Below are positions 16,534 to 28,123 of a stretch of DNA of 64,000 bases, one piece after another (position 1 is the stretch's first letter; each line of letters begins with the position of its first letter). The DNA lies in assembly GCF_057098645.1 (NCBI RefSeq), contig NZ_CM169472.1. One strand, written 5' to 3'. Made by a program: the position numbers and the translations under genes. The notes beneath the pieces were generated by a model. The model had not been told where the DNA came from. It did no database searches and worked only from the letters and a program-made list of their open reading frames with translations.

Positions 16534-17543
16534 ACGGTAAAAAACTTTATATCTCGGACGTCACGTTGCGTGACGGTATGCACGCCATTCGTCATCAGTA
16601 TTCGCTGGAAAACGTTCGCCAGATTGCCAAAGCACTGGACGATGCCCGCGTGGATTCGATTGAAGTGGCCCACGGCGACGGTTTGCAGGGTTCCAGCTTT
16701 AACTATGGTTTCGGCGCACATAGCGACCTTGAATGGATTGAAGCGGCGGCGGATGTTGTGAAGCACGCCAAAATCGCGACGTTGTTGCTGCCAGGAATCG
16801 GCACTATTCACGATCTGAAAAATGCCTGGCAGGCTGGCGCGCGGGTGGTTCGTGTGGCAACGCACTGTACCGAAGCTGATGTTTCCGCCCAGCATATTCA
16901 GTATGCCCGCGAGCTCGGAATGGACACCGTTGGTTTTCTGATGATGAGCCATATGACCACGCCGGAGAATCTCGCCAAGCAGGCAAAGCTGATGGAAGGC
17001 TACGGTGCGACCTGTATTTATGTGGTGGATTCTGGCGGTGCGATGAACATGAGCGATATCCGTGACCGTTTCCGCGCCCTGAAAGCAGTGCTGAAACCAG
17101 AAACGCAAACCGGCATGCACGCTCACCATAACCTGAGTCTTGGCGTGGCGAACTCTATCGCGGCGGTGGAAGAGGGCTGCGACCGAATCGACGCCAGCCT
17201 CGCGGGAATGGGCGCGGGCGCAGGTAACGCGCCGCTGGAAGTATTTATTGCCGCCGCGGATAAACTGGGTTGGCAGCATGGGGCCGATCTCTATGCGTTA
17301 ATGGATGCCGCTGACGACCTGGTGCGTCCGTTGCAGGATCGACCGGTACGAGTCGATCGCGAAACGCTGGCGCTGGGATACGCTGGTGTTTACTCCAGCT
17401 TCCTGCGTCACTGTGAAACGGCGGCGGCGCGTTATGGCTTAAGCGCGGTGGATATTCTCGTTGAGCTGGGCAAACGCCGGATGGTTGGCGGCCAGGAGGA
17501 TATGATCGTCGACGTGGCGCTGGATCTGCGCAACAACAAATAA
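16530..17543 (+). CDS. mhpE: 4-hydroxy-2-oxovalerate aldolase MhpE, 337 aa
   Basis: [25 protein letters not shown]...; 4-bp overlap with mhpF. Confidence 0.96.
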
Positions 17544-17585
17544 TATTGACTGCCGAGAACGTGCATTTTGTATGCCCATCCCAGC

Positions 17586-17945
<360 letters not shown>

Positions 17946-18019
17946 ATTAAATAGTTCTGATTACGCGGCTGGCAATGTATCAGTCGCGATTCACCTGCAC
18001 TCGCAACGAGGTTCATCTT

Positions 18020-19231
18020 ATGTCGACTCGTACCCCTTCATCATCTTCATCCCGCCTGATGCTGACCATCGGGCTTTGTTTTTTGGTCGCTCTGATGGAA
18101 GGGCTGGATCTTCAGGCGGCTGGCATTGCGGCGGGTGGCATCGCCCAGGCTTTCGCACTCGATAAAATGCAAATGGGCTGGATATTCAGCGCCGGAATAC
18201 TCGGTTTGCTACCCGGCGCGTTGGTTGGCGGAATGCTGGCGGACCGTTATGGTCGCAAGCGCATTTTGATTGGCTCAGTTGCGCTGTTTGGTTTGTTCTC
18301 GCTGGCAACGGCGATTGCCTGGGATTTCCCCTCACTGGTCTTTGCGCGGCTGATGACCGGTGTCGGGCTGGGGGCGGCGTTGCCGAATCTTATCGCCCTG
18401 ACGTCTGAAGCCGCGGGTCCACGTTTTCGTGGGACGGCAGTGAGCCTGATGTATTGCGGTGTTCCCATTGGCGCGGCGCTGGCGGCGACACTGGGTTTCG
18501 CGGGGGCAAATTTAGCATGGCAAACGGTGTTTTGGGTAGGTGGTGTGGTGCCGTTGATTCTGGTGCCGCTATTAATGCGCTGGCTGCCGGAGTCGGCGGT
18601 ATTCGCTGGCGAAAAACAGGCTGCGCCACCACTGCGTGCGTTATTTGCGCCAGAAACGGCAACCGCGACGCTGCTGCTGTGGCTGTGTTATTTCTTCACT
18701 CTGCTGGTGGTTTACATGTTGATCAACTGGCTACCGCTGCTTTTGGTGGAGCAAGGATTCCAGCCATCGCAGGCGGCAGGGGTGATGTTTGCACTGCAAA
18801 TGGGTGCGGCGAGCGGGACGTTAATGTTGGGCGCATTGATGGATAAGCTGCGTCCAGTAACCATGTCGCTACTGATTTATAGCGGCATGTTAGCTTCGCT
18901 GCTGGCGCTTGGAACGGTGTCGTCATTTAACGGTATGTTGCTGGCGGGATTTGTCGCGGGGTTGTTTGCGACAGGTGGGCAAAGCGTTTTGTATGCCCTG
19001 GCACCGTTGTTTTACAGTTCGCAGATCCGCGCAACAGGTGTGGGAACAGCCGTGGCGGTAGGGCGTCTGGGGGCTATGAGCGGTCCGTTACTGGCCGGGA
19101 AAATGCTGGCATTAGGCACTGGCACGGTCGGCGTAATGGCCGCTTCTGCACCGGGTATTCTTGTTGCTGGGTTGGCGGTGTTTATTTTGATGAGTCGGAG
19201 ATCAAGAATGCAGCCGTGTGCCGATGCCTGA
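18020..19231 (+). CDS. mhpT: 3-hydroxyphenylpropionate transporter MhpT (MFS), 403 aa
   Basis: MSTRTPSSSSSRLMLTIGLCFLVALMEGLDLQAAG...; the ORF track extends upstream to 17975. Confidence 0.93.
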   Translation: MSTRTPSSSSSRLMLTIGLCFLVALMEGLDLQAAGIAAGGIAQAFALDKMQMGWIFSAGILGLLPGALVGGMLADRYGRKRILIGSVALFGLFSLATAIAWDFPSLVFARLMTGVGLGAALPNLIALTSEAAGPRFRGTAVSLMYCGVPIGAALAATLGFAGANLAWQTVFWVGGVVPLILVPLLMRWLPESAVFAGEKQAAPPLRALFAPETATATLLLWLCYFFTLLVVYMLINWLPLLLVEQGFQPSQAAGVMFALQMGAASGTLMLGALMDKLRPVTMSLLIYSGMLASLLALGTVSSFNGMLLAGFVAGLFATGGQSVLYALAPLFYSSQIRATGVGTAVAVGRLGAMSGPLLAGKMLALGTGTVGVMAASAPGILVAGLAVFILMSRRSRMQPCADA

Positions 19232-19332
19232 CGCGCCTTATTAAGCAGGGGCGAAAGGGAATTGCCCCCAATACACCCACGGCGTTTACAGGTATACTCG
19301 CTAAAAATTATTCAGCGGGTTTGGAAACATAG

Positions 19333-19872
19333 ATGGCAAAACTTACCTTACAAGAGCAGTTGCTCAAAGCAGGATTAGTCACCAGCAAAAAAGCGGCGAA
19401 GGTCGAGAGAACGGCGAAAAAATCGCGAGTTCAGGCGCGTGAAGCTCGGGCTGCGGTAGAAGAAAATAAAAAGGCACAGCTTGAGCGTGATAAACAGCTT
19501 AGCGAACAGCAAAAACAAGCGGCGTTGGCGAAAGAATATAAAGCTCAGGTGAAGCAGCTTATTGAAATGAACCGGATCACCATTGCCAATGGCGATATTG
19601 GTTTTAACTTCACTGACGGCAATCTGATTAAGAAGATTTTTGTCGATAAGCTCACACAGGCGCAGTTGATTAATGGTCGTCTGGCGATTGCCCGCTTGTT
19701 GGTCGATAACAATAGCGAAGGTGAATACGCAATTATTCCCGCCAGCGTTGCCGATAAAATTGCTCAGCGTGATGCCAGCAGTATTGTGTTGCACAGCGCG
19801 CTCAGTGCCGAAGAGCAGGATGAAGACGATCCGTATGCCGACTTCAAAGTGCCTGATGATTTGATGTGGTAA
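19333..19872 (+). CDS. yaiL: Uncharacterised Lys/Glu-rich protein YaiL, 179 aa
   Basis: MAKLTLQEQLLKAGLVTSKKAAKVERTAKKSRVQ...; position matches yaiL between mhpT and frmB. Confidence 0.88.
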   Translation: MAKLTLQEQLLKAGLVTSKKAAKVERTAKKSRVQAREARAAVEENKKAQLERDKQLSEQQKQAALAKEYKAQVKQLIEMNRITIANGDIGFNFTDGNLIKKIFVDKLTQAQLINGRLAIARLLVDNNSEGEYAIIPASVADKIAQRDASSIVLHSALSAEEQDEDDPYADFKVPDDLMW

Positions 19873-19888
19873 ACATAGATAAGTCGTG

Positions 19889-19990
19889 CGCAGATGCCTG
19901 ATGCGACGCTATGCGCGTCTTATCATGCCTACGGCTTACGGGCGAAATGTAGGCGGATAAGGCGTTCTCGCCGCATCCGGCAGTCGAGCA
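19889..19990. repeat. REP element pair between yaiL and frmB
   Basis: gcctgatgcgacgct...gtcttatcatgcctacgg...gtaggcggataaggcgttctcgccgcatccggca. Confidence 0.7.
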
Positions 19991-19996
19991 CTATTA

Positions 19997-20830
19997 TCAA
20001 CGCATATTCAGTTTATTGGCGTGGTAGGCAATATGCTCGCCAATAAAACTGGAGACAAAATAATAGCTGTGGTCGTAACCCTCGTGATAACGGATTAACG
20101 TCTTGATATTCATCTCCTGGCAGATCTTTTCAAGATTTGGAGTCCGCAGCTGTTCTGCGTAAAAATCATCACTCAACCCCTGATCAACCATGATTTCCGC
20201 AACGCGTTGACCTTGTGAAATAAGACTCACCGGATCGTAATCCAACCAGGCCTCTTTATTTTCACCAAGATATGCGGCAAAGGCTTGCTGTCCCCACGGT
20301 ACTTGCGATGGGGAGACAATGGGCGAAAACGCCGAGACGCTGACATATTCATCTGGGTTACGTAACGCCAGCACCAGCGCGCCCAGCCCGCCCATAGAAT
20401 GACCAGAGATAGACTTTTTGGTCGTTGCCGGAAAATGATGCATCACTAAATCCGGCAGTTCGTTGCGGATATAGTCATACATTTTGTAATGTTCATTCCA
20501 CGGCGCTTGCGTCGCGTTCAGGTAAAACCCGGCACCTTGCCCGAGATCGTAACGGTCAGCATCTGCGACATGACTGCCTCGCGGACTGGTGTCCGGCGCA
20601 ACAACAATAATGTTGTGCTCAGCCGCGTAACGCTGCATCCCCGATTTAGTAATGAAATTCTGCTCGTTGCAGGTCAGGCCTGAAAGCCAGTACAGCACCG
20701 GCAATTTTTCATTCGCGGCTTTTGGTGGGAGATAGACGCCGACATTCATTTCACATTTCAGTGATTGGGAATAATGCCGATACACATTTTGCCAGCCGCC
20801 AAAGCTGGCATGTTTTTCAATGAGTTCCAT
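19997..20830 (-). CDS. frmB: S-formylglutathione hydrolase FrmB, 277 aa
   Basis: MELIEKHASFGGWQNVYRHYSQSLKCEMNVGVYLPP...; esterase D family with GHSMGG motif. Confidence 0.95.
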   Translation of the reverse strand: MELIEKHASFGGWQNVYRHYSQSLKCEMNVGVYLPPKAANEKLPVLYWLSGLTCNEQNFITKSGMQRYAAEHNIIVVAPDTSPRGSHVADADRYDLGQGAGFYLNATQAPWNEHYKMYDYIRNELPDLVMHHFPATTKKSISGHSMGGLGALVLALRNPDEYVSVSAFSPIVSPSQVPWGQQAFAAYLGENKEAWLDYDPVSLISQGQRVAEIMVDQGLSDDFYAEQLRTPNLEKICQEMNIKTLIRYHEGYDHSYYFVSSFIGEHIAYHANKLNMR

Positions 20831-20922
20831 CAGTCATTATCTCACGGTTAATCCCCCGGACGGCTGCCCGGGGAGAGTATTAAGAACCCCGTCTGAAGTG
20901 GACGGGGTAAACCAGCGGGAAA

Positions 20923-22062
<1,140 letters not shown>

Positions 22063-22066
22063 TCAG

Positions 22067-22342
22067 CTATTTAAGATAGGCACGAACCAGTTCAATAGTG
22101 TCGTCAACGGATTGGCTGACTTCGCGGCTGTAGCAGTCATTTCGGTCAAACGTTTCCCGGATATGGCTTTCAAGCACTTCTGCCATCAGCCCATTAGCCG
22201 CGCCCCGAACGGCAGCGATCTGTTGGAGTATGGCACGGCATTCGGCATCACCCTCCAGCGACCGTTCCAGAGCATCAATCTGCCCTCGAATACGACGAAC
22301 TCGAGTAAGGACCTTTTTCTTCTCTTCCGGAGTACTGGGCAT
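22067..22342 (-). CDS. frmR: Formaldehyde-responsive repressor FrmR (CsoR/RcnR family), 91 aa
   Basis: [53 protein letters not shown]...; the ORF track extends seven codons upstream. Confidence 0.93.
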
Positions 22343-22368
22343 TTCGCACCTCATCATCTGCACGCAAT

Positions 22369-22417
22369 ATACTATAGGGGGGTATGCTATATGTCAATAC
22401 ATACCCCCCTATAGTAT
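22369..22417. promoter_or_regulatory. Candidate FrmR operator: inverted repeat with G6/C6 tracts upstream of frmR
   Basis: ATACTATAGGGGGGTAT-(15 nt)-ATACCCCCCTATAGTAT; TACT-G6/C6-AGTA architecture typical of RcnR/FrmR-family operators. Confidence 0.7.
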
Positions 22418-22501
22418 ATAACACTGGAGAATAATTGTTGTCCGAAGCCTAACCAGGTGAACGGTCCCTCAAGACAGATGGGGACCGTTTATGTGCTATT
22501 T

Positions 22502-23548
22502 TTATGCCGCATCCGCTAAAACAAACATCCCGTAAGGATGGATTTCGAGGTAATAGTGCTCACCAATATCGGGCTGTAAACGGGTGGCGTTTACTTGTAA
22601 TAAAATCTCCTGTCCATGCCACTCTACGGTCACTTCGTACTGCGGCCCCATGTAGGCGACATGGCGAATAACACAACGCTGACTCTCTTCGCCGTGATTG
22701 CTTAAGGTGATGGCTTCCGGGCGAACGCCGACGGTGCCGCTACCTTGCGCCGGGAAATGCGCCGCGCGCGGCAGGCGATAACCGTAGATATCGACATACT
22801 CTTCGCTAAAGTTCGCCGGGAACAGGTTGGCGTCGCCCATAAAACTTGCCATAAATCGGGAGGCTGGCTGACGATAGAGATCCTGCGGTGAGCCAATCTG
22901 CATGATGTGACCTTTATTCATCACCAGCACAGTGTCGGACACCGCGAAAGCTTCACTTTGATCGTGAGTGACGTAGAGCGACGTGATATTAAACTGCTTT
23001 TGCAGCTCGCGGATCTTATCGCGCATACTGCGGCGCAGGTTGGCATCGAGGTTACTTAACGGCTCATCAAACAGCAGCACCTTTGGCTTGAGGATCAACG
23101 CGCGGGCCAGTGCCACACGCTGTTGCTGACCACCGGAAATCTGATCGACATAGCGGTCCTCGAAGCCTTCCAGATCCACCATTGCCAGCGCCTCCTTCAC
23201 CCGCTGTTTCACTTCGCTACGCGACACGCCAAGCATCTTCAGCCCGTAGCCAACGTTTTCACCCAGCGACATATGCGGGAACAGAGCGTATGACTGAAAC
23301 ACCATGCAGATATCGCGCTGTTGAATGGAACGATGCGTGACATCTTCGCCATCAATAAAAATTTGCCCTTCGCTCGGTTTTTCCAGCCCGGCAACCAGAC
23401 GCAAAATGGTGGTTTTGCCACAGCCGGAAGGACCGAGCAGCGTCACCATTTGCCCTTGTGGAATGGTGAGATTGATATTGTCGATAACCGTATTACTGCC
23501 GAATCGTTTAGTGACGTTGCGCAGTTCAACAAAATTTTTCTGACTCAT
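22502..23548 (-). CDS. afuC: ABC transporter ATP-binding subunit, AfuC/FbpC-like, about 348 aa
   Basis: Walker [10 protein letters not shown], signature [15 protein letters not shown], Walker B LLFDEP; likely start [12 protein letters not shown] with RBS ggagcg; the ORF track extends to 23560. Confidence 0.88.
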   Translation of the reverse strand: MSQKNFVELRNVTKRFGSNTVIDNINLTIPQGQMVTLLGPSGCGKTTILRLVAGLEKPSEGQIFIDGEDVTHRSIQQRDICMVFQSYALFPHMSLGENVGYGLKMLGVSRSEVKQRVKEALAMVDLEGFEDRYVDQISGGQQQRVALARALILKPKVLLFDEPLSNLDANLRRSMRDKIRELQKQFNITSLYVTHDQSEAFAVSDTVLVMNKGHIMQIGSPQDLYRQPASRFMASFMGDANLFPANFSEEYVDIYGYRLPRAAHFPAQGSGTVGVRPEAITLSNHGEESQRCVIRHVAYMGPQYEVTVEWHGQEILLQVNATRLQPDIGEHYYLEIHPYGMFVLADAA

Positions 23549-23559
23549 AGTGCGCTCCA

Positions 23560-25638
23560 TTACGCCTGGTTTTTGGCTTTAGAACGGGAGATACGAGCTT
23601 CTCCGATCAGCCAGTCAAAGAGGAAAATAATCGCCAGCATCACCACGATCAGAATCGAACCATAGGCGATGGCTACGCCATATTCGCCGTCTTCAACGCG
23701 GTTAAGAATGTAGGCGGTTGCCACGCGGGTGTCCGGCGTGACGAGAAAGACGATGGCGCTGACCGTCGTGATGGCCCGCACAAAGCTGTAGATCAGGGCC
23801 GAGAGAATGGCCGGGCGCAGCAGCGGCAGTAAAATGTGCGTAATGGTTCGCAGTGAACCCGCGCGCAGGCTGAGTGAGGCTTCATCCAGCGATTTGTCGA
23901 TCTGCCCCAGGCCTGCAATCCCGGCGCGAATACCCACCGGAACGTTACGCATCACCATCGAGATAATCACAATTGCCGCCGTTCCGGTGAGATAAACCGG
24001 AGCGCTGTTAAAGGCAAGAATATACGAAACGCCCGCCACCGTACCCGGTACGGCAAAGCACAGCATGGTGGTGAACTCGATGGTCTTTTTGCCTTTGAAT
24101 TGTTGACGCACCACCACCCAGGCGATGAGCAGGCCAAAGATAGCGGTAATGGGAGCGGCAATCCCGGCGTAGAGCAGGGTATCCAGCAGTGAAGGCCACG
24201 CGCCGTCGCTCATTCCCTGACCAAATAGCTTGATAAAGTTATCCAGCGTCAGGGTGTAGTCCACGCCCCAGTTCACCGTGAAGCTGCCGTAGAAAATGCT
24301 GCCGTAGAGCAGGGCGTTAAAGGCAATCCATATCGCAAGTATGGCGACCACGCTCCATACCAGGGTGACCGGTAGCGGCTGGACGTCGCCACGGTAGGAT
24401 TTGCCGGAAACCGTGACGTAAGAGCGTTTACCAATCCACATATACTGGATGCAGAACACCAGCAGCGAGAACAGCAGCAGGAAAGCGCCAAGGGTGCTGG
24501 CGGCCTGATAATCCAGCTGCGAGCCGGTAATATAGAAGTAAATTTGCGTCGCCAGTACGTCGAAGTTACCGCCAAGTACCAGCGGGTTACTGAAATCAGC
24601 CAGTGACTGTACCACGACGATTAAAAAGGCATTGGCGAGTGCGGGCTTCAACAACGGCACAAACACGCCGTTAAAGGTTTGCCAGCGGCTGGCGCGCAGG
24701 GTGTAGGAGGCCTCTTCCAGCGAGGGATGAATGGTTTTAATGGCCCCGTCGAGGATCATAAATGCCATTGGCGTGAATGCCAGAACCTGTGCCAGCCAGA
24801 TCCCGGTAAAACCGTACAGCCAGTTGGTGTTGGTCAGCCCAAACCACTCCACCATAAATTCCGTAACATAGCCGGAGCGCCCCATCATGAGCGTCACGCC
24901 TAAGCCGACCACAAACGGTGGCGTAACGATGGGCAAAATGGAAAAGATGCGACCAATAATGGCGCTGCGTTTAGCGATGCGCGTGGTATAAATCGCCAGC
25001 ACCAGGCCGAAGAAAGTACAGCCTATCCCCACCGCTATCGACAAGACGATAGAGTTGACGATCACCTGAACAATATGTGCCTGCGAGAGCACGGTCATAA
25101 ACGCCAGCGGGGCGAACTCTCCCGCGTCGTTGGTGAACATCGGGATAAAAATGGCGATGCTCGGCCAGACGATAAAAATGCCAATCAGCGCCACAATCGC
25201 AATCAGTGAGCCGATCACGAAGCGGTCGCCACCCAGCCATTCGAGGCGGGTTAAGGCCAGCGTCATAATCGCGCCTAGTTCGACAAACAGCACGATGGCG
25301 GCGTAGCCTAAACCGCGTCCAACCACGGTGGCGCTGATGACGATAAACGCCATACAGAGCAATGCCCAGCCGGCATCGAAATAATGACGGCTACGTTGTT
25401 CGCGCGTGGCCTCACTAAACGGGCGGACCAGCAACAGGCTCGGGAGTAAATACCACAGCCAGCTGATATTAAAATGCGACCAGCCGTACGCCCCGAGGAT
25501 CTCATCACTCGTGGACTCCAGCAGGCCATAATCGAGGCTCCAGCTCGGCAACAGGACAAATGCCAGCCAACCCAGCAAAACCCAAAGGAAAATCGCATCC
25601 CGCTTTTTCACGGGATGGAGTGCAAGTGTCTGTGACAT
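23560..25638 (-). CDS. afuB: ABC transporter fused double permease, AfuB/FbpB-like, 692 aa
   Basis: Two tandem multi-TM permease halves; its stop overlaps the longest afuC ORF. Confidence 0.85.
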   Translation of the reverse strand: MSQTLALHPVKKRDAIFLWVLLGWLAFVLLPSWSLDYGLLESTSDEILGAYGWSHFNISWLWYLLPSLLLVRPFSEATREQRSRHYFDAGWALLCMAFIVISATVVGRGLGYAAIVLFVELGAIMTLALTRLEWLGGDRFVIGSLIAIVALIGIFIVWPSIAIFIPMFTNDAGEFAPLAFMTVLSQAHIVQVIVNSIVLSIAVGIGCTFFGLVLAIYTTRIAKRSAIIGRIFSILPIVTPPFVVGLGVTLMMGRSGYVTEFMVEWFGLTNTNWLYGFTGIWLAQVLAFTPMAFMILDGAIKTIHPSLEEASYTLRASRWQTFNGVFVPLLKPALANAFLIVVVQSLADFSNPLVLGGNFDVLATQIYFYITGSQLDYQAASTLGAFLLLFSLLVFCIQYMWIGKRSYVTVSGKSYRGDVQPLPVTLVWSVVAILAIWIAFNALLYGSIFYGSFTVNWGVDYTLTLDNFIKLFGQGMSDGAWPSLLDTLLYAGIAAPITAIFGLLIAWVVVRQQFKGKKTIEFTTMLCFAVPGTVAGVSYILAFNSAPVYLTGTAAIVIISMVMRNVPVGIRAGIAGLGQIDKSLDEASLSLRAGSLRTITHILLPLLRPAILSALIYSFVRAITTVSAIVFLVTPDTRVATAYILNRVEDGEYGVAIAYGSILIVVMLAIIFLFDWLIGEARISRSKAKNQA

Positions 25639-25706
25639 AGCAGTTCCGGTATGGTTGGCCGGGGCAGGCGTCTGCGCTGCACCCGGAAAATACGCCTAAT
25701 GCGGGT

Positions 25707-26738
25707 TTATTTACCCATCTTCACTTCGCTGACCCATTTATTAATCAATGCCTTACGAACATCCGTGGAACCATATTTATCCATGTCGTAGTTGATTAAT
25801 TTCAGGTCGTCGAGCTTCAGTGAATTTGGCGACGTTTCGGCGGTGGTATTGGTCAGGATCTGATAAGACTTCCCTTTCTTCCACGCCAGTTCCTGAGCTT
25901 CTTTTGATAATACCCAGTCCACAAACAGTTTGGCGTTGTCGAGGTTGCGCGCGCCTTTCAGAATGCTGACGCCGCCAATTTCGTAGCCTGTACCTTCACA
26001 CGGGGAAATCAACTCCAGCGGCGCGCCCTGTTCTTTTTCCAGCGAGTAGTCATGCAGGAAGCCAATACCAATCGCCGTTTCGCCACGGGCGGCGTTACGT
26101 GCCGGGGCTATGCCTGATTTGGTGTACTGAGAGACGTTGGCGTTCAGTTGTTTTAGATAATCAAAGGCCTGATCTTCCCCCCACAGCTGCGCAAAAGTAG
26201 CCAGGGCGGTGTAGGCAGTACCGGAACTTTGCGGATCGGCAATTTGAATTTCGCCTTTATATTCCGGTTTGGTGAGATCTTTCCAGCACTTCGGCACCGG
26301 CAGGTTTTTCTCTTTCAGACGATCGGTGTTTACGCCAAAACCGAGGATCCCCACATAAACGGCAGAGGACAGATTCCCTTTCACTTTTGCCGGATCGCGG
26401 AATTTCTCCATGATCTGCTCAAGGTTAGGGGATTTATACGCCTGTAGCAGGCCCATCTCGCCAGCCTGCGATTGCGGGTCTAAAGTGCCGCCGTACCAGA
26501 CGTCAGCCTGGGGGTTTTTCTTTTCAGCATCGACTTTTGCCAGGGTGCTTCCGGAACCGTTGCGGATAAACGAGGTTTTTACATCATATTTCTCGCCAAA
26601 CGCTTTGGTTTCGGCCTCACACATTTCATTGGTGGCGCTGCAATAGACCACCAGCCGGCCTTTTGCCTGCGCGGCACCCGTTAAAGTCGCCAGCGCAACG
26701 GCAGAAGCAATCAGAGTAGAGGTAAAGGTCATTTTCAT
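25707..26738 (-). CDS. afuA: Periplasmic substrate-binding protein, AfuA/FbpA-like, about 343 aa with signal peptide
   Basis: MKMTFTSTLIASAVALATLTGAAQA signal peptide followed by a type-II binding-protein fold; the longer ORF (to 27065) overlaps the upstream gene and is an artefact. Confidence 0.85.
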   Translation of the reverse strand: MKMTFTSTLIASAVALATLTGAAQAKGRLVVYCSATNEMCEAETKAFGEKYDVKTSFIRNGSGSTLAKVDAEKKNPQADVWYGGTLDPQSQAGEMGLLQAYKSPNLEQIMEKFRDPAKVKGNLSSAVYVGILGFGVNTDRLKEKNLPVPKCWKDLTKPEYKGEIQIADPQSSGTAYTALATFAQLWGEDQAFDYLKQLNANVSQYTKSGIAPARNAARGETAIGIGFLHDYSLEKEQGAPLELISPCEGTGYEIGGVSILKGARNLDNAKLFVDWVLSKEAQELAWKKGKSYQILTNTTAETSPNSLKLDDLKLINYDMDKYGSTDVRKALINKWVSEVKMGK

Positions 26739-28051
26739 TGTTTTATCCTTCGAGCGTGAGTGGTGGTGATGCCCGCCATCAGTAACGGCATCAGCAGTAA
26801 ACCCATAAGTACTGCGGCGACCGAGAGTAAACTGAACATTCCCGGCCAGCCGTAGCGTTCGATGACCAGCGACAGCGGCCAGCCTGCCAGCGCCGCGCCA
26901 AGGTAAGCGAACAGGCCGAGAAATCCGGTGATTGAACCCGCCGCAGCTTTGTGCCCACACTCCACCGCCGCAAGTCCAATCAGCATTTGTGGGCCAAAGA
27001 CGAAAAAGCCCACGGTAAAAAAGCACACTGCCAGCAGAGCGTAGTGATGAACCGGTGCCAGCCACAGTGCGGCGACTGACACCATCAACCCCAACGTGAA
27101 CAGCAAAATCATTGGCGCTCGTTGCCCGCTAAACAGCAAATCCGATCCCCATCCGGCAAATAACGCGCCGAGTAAGCCGCCCACTTCAAACAGCATTACC
27201 GTGGCGTTGGCGCTGAGCAGGTTGACACCGTGGCTTTCCGTCAGCCAGATATTGCCCCAGTCGTTAAGCGCAATCCGGATCACATAAACCAGTACATAAG
27301 AGACGCCCAGTAGCCAGATCAGCGGATTTTGCAGCATGGTGGTGCGCAACATTTGCCACAGCCCCATCGGCGGACTTTGTTGTTCCTGACGTAACTCCAG
27401 CGGATCGTGACGCCAGTGACCAACTGTCGGTAATCCCTCTTCCTGGGGCGTGCCTTTGAGTTGTAGCGTTAACCAGATCCCTAATGCCATGCTGATTATC
27501 CCCGGTGTCAGCATCGCGGCCTGCCAGCCCCACCAGTGGGCGGCAAAGGCGCTAATCAGCGGAATAATCGCTCCGCCAATGTTGATCGACATATTCCAGC
27601 AGCCCCACCAGAAACCGCGCTCATTGCGTGAGTACCAGTGGGTCAGCAAGCGGGCACACGGTGGCCATCCCCAGCCCTGAAAAAAACCGTTCAGTGTCCA
27701 GACCACAAGCAGAAGCGTAAGTGATTCGCCAAAGGCAAACACCACGTTCAATAACCCGGTGGCGAACAAGCCGACGCCCATAAAACCGCGTTGTCCATGG
27801 CTGTCATGCCACAGTCCGGCGGTAAATTTCGACAATCCGTAGCTGAGATAAAACAGCGAACCCAGCAGGCCAATGTCGCCTTTATCCAGTCCGAGGTCGG
27901 TTTGTAGCGCCGGAAGGACGTAATTCACGCTTTTTCGCGTCAGATAAAATGCGGCGTAGCCAATAATCATGCACATCAGCAATCGCGGACGTAATGTCCG
28001 GTAGCATTGATTAATTTCTCTCGCTGAACGCGCGTGCATGGTTGTCTCCAT
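26735..28051 (-). CDS. UhpC-like sugar-phosphate sensor/transporter (MFS, organophosphate:Pi antiporter family), 438 aa
   Basis: ...YAAFYLTRKSVNYVLPALQTDLGLDKGDIGLLGSLFYLSYGLSKF... resembles UhpC/UhpT/GlpT; its stop TGA overlaps the afuA start ATG (cAATGAaa). Confidence 0.82.
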   Translation of the reverse strand: METTMHARSAREINQCYRTLRPRLLMCMIIGYAAFYLTRKSVNYVLPALQTDLGLDKGDIGLLGSLFYLSYGLSKFTAGLWHDSHGQRGFMGVGLFATGLLNVVFAFGESLTLLLVVWTLNGFFQGWGWPPCARLLTHWYSRNERGFWWGCWNMSINIGGAIIPLISAFAAHWWGWQAAMLTPGIISMALGIWLTLQLKGTPQEEGLPTVGHWRHDPLELRQEQQSPPMGLWQMLRTTMLQNPLIWLLGVSYVLVYVIRIALNDWGNIWLTESHGVNLLSANATVMLFEVGGLLGALFAGWGSDLLFSGQRAPMILLFTLGLMVSVAALWLAPVHHYALLAVCFFTVGFFVFGPQMLIGLAAVECGHKAAAGSITGFLGLFAYLGAALAGWPLSLVIERYGWPGMFSLLSVAAVLMGLLLMPLLMAGITTTHARRIKQ

Positions 28052-28123
28052 GTTGCTGACTATATGAAAATGAAAGTGAAAGGGGATGAGAGAAAATCCG
28101 GGATACCTAAGACTTTTTCCTGG

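Noticed and set aside
22230-22421. 63-aa ORF spanning the frmR operator
   Set aside because: Antisense to frmR and running through the palindromic operator; an artefact.
25707-27065. 452-aa extended ORF for the afuA-like binding protein
   Set aside because: The N-terminal 109 residues overlap the upstream UhpC-like gene and precede a perfect signal peptide starting at MKMTF; the true start is at 26738.
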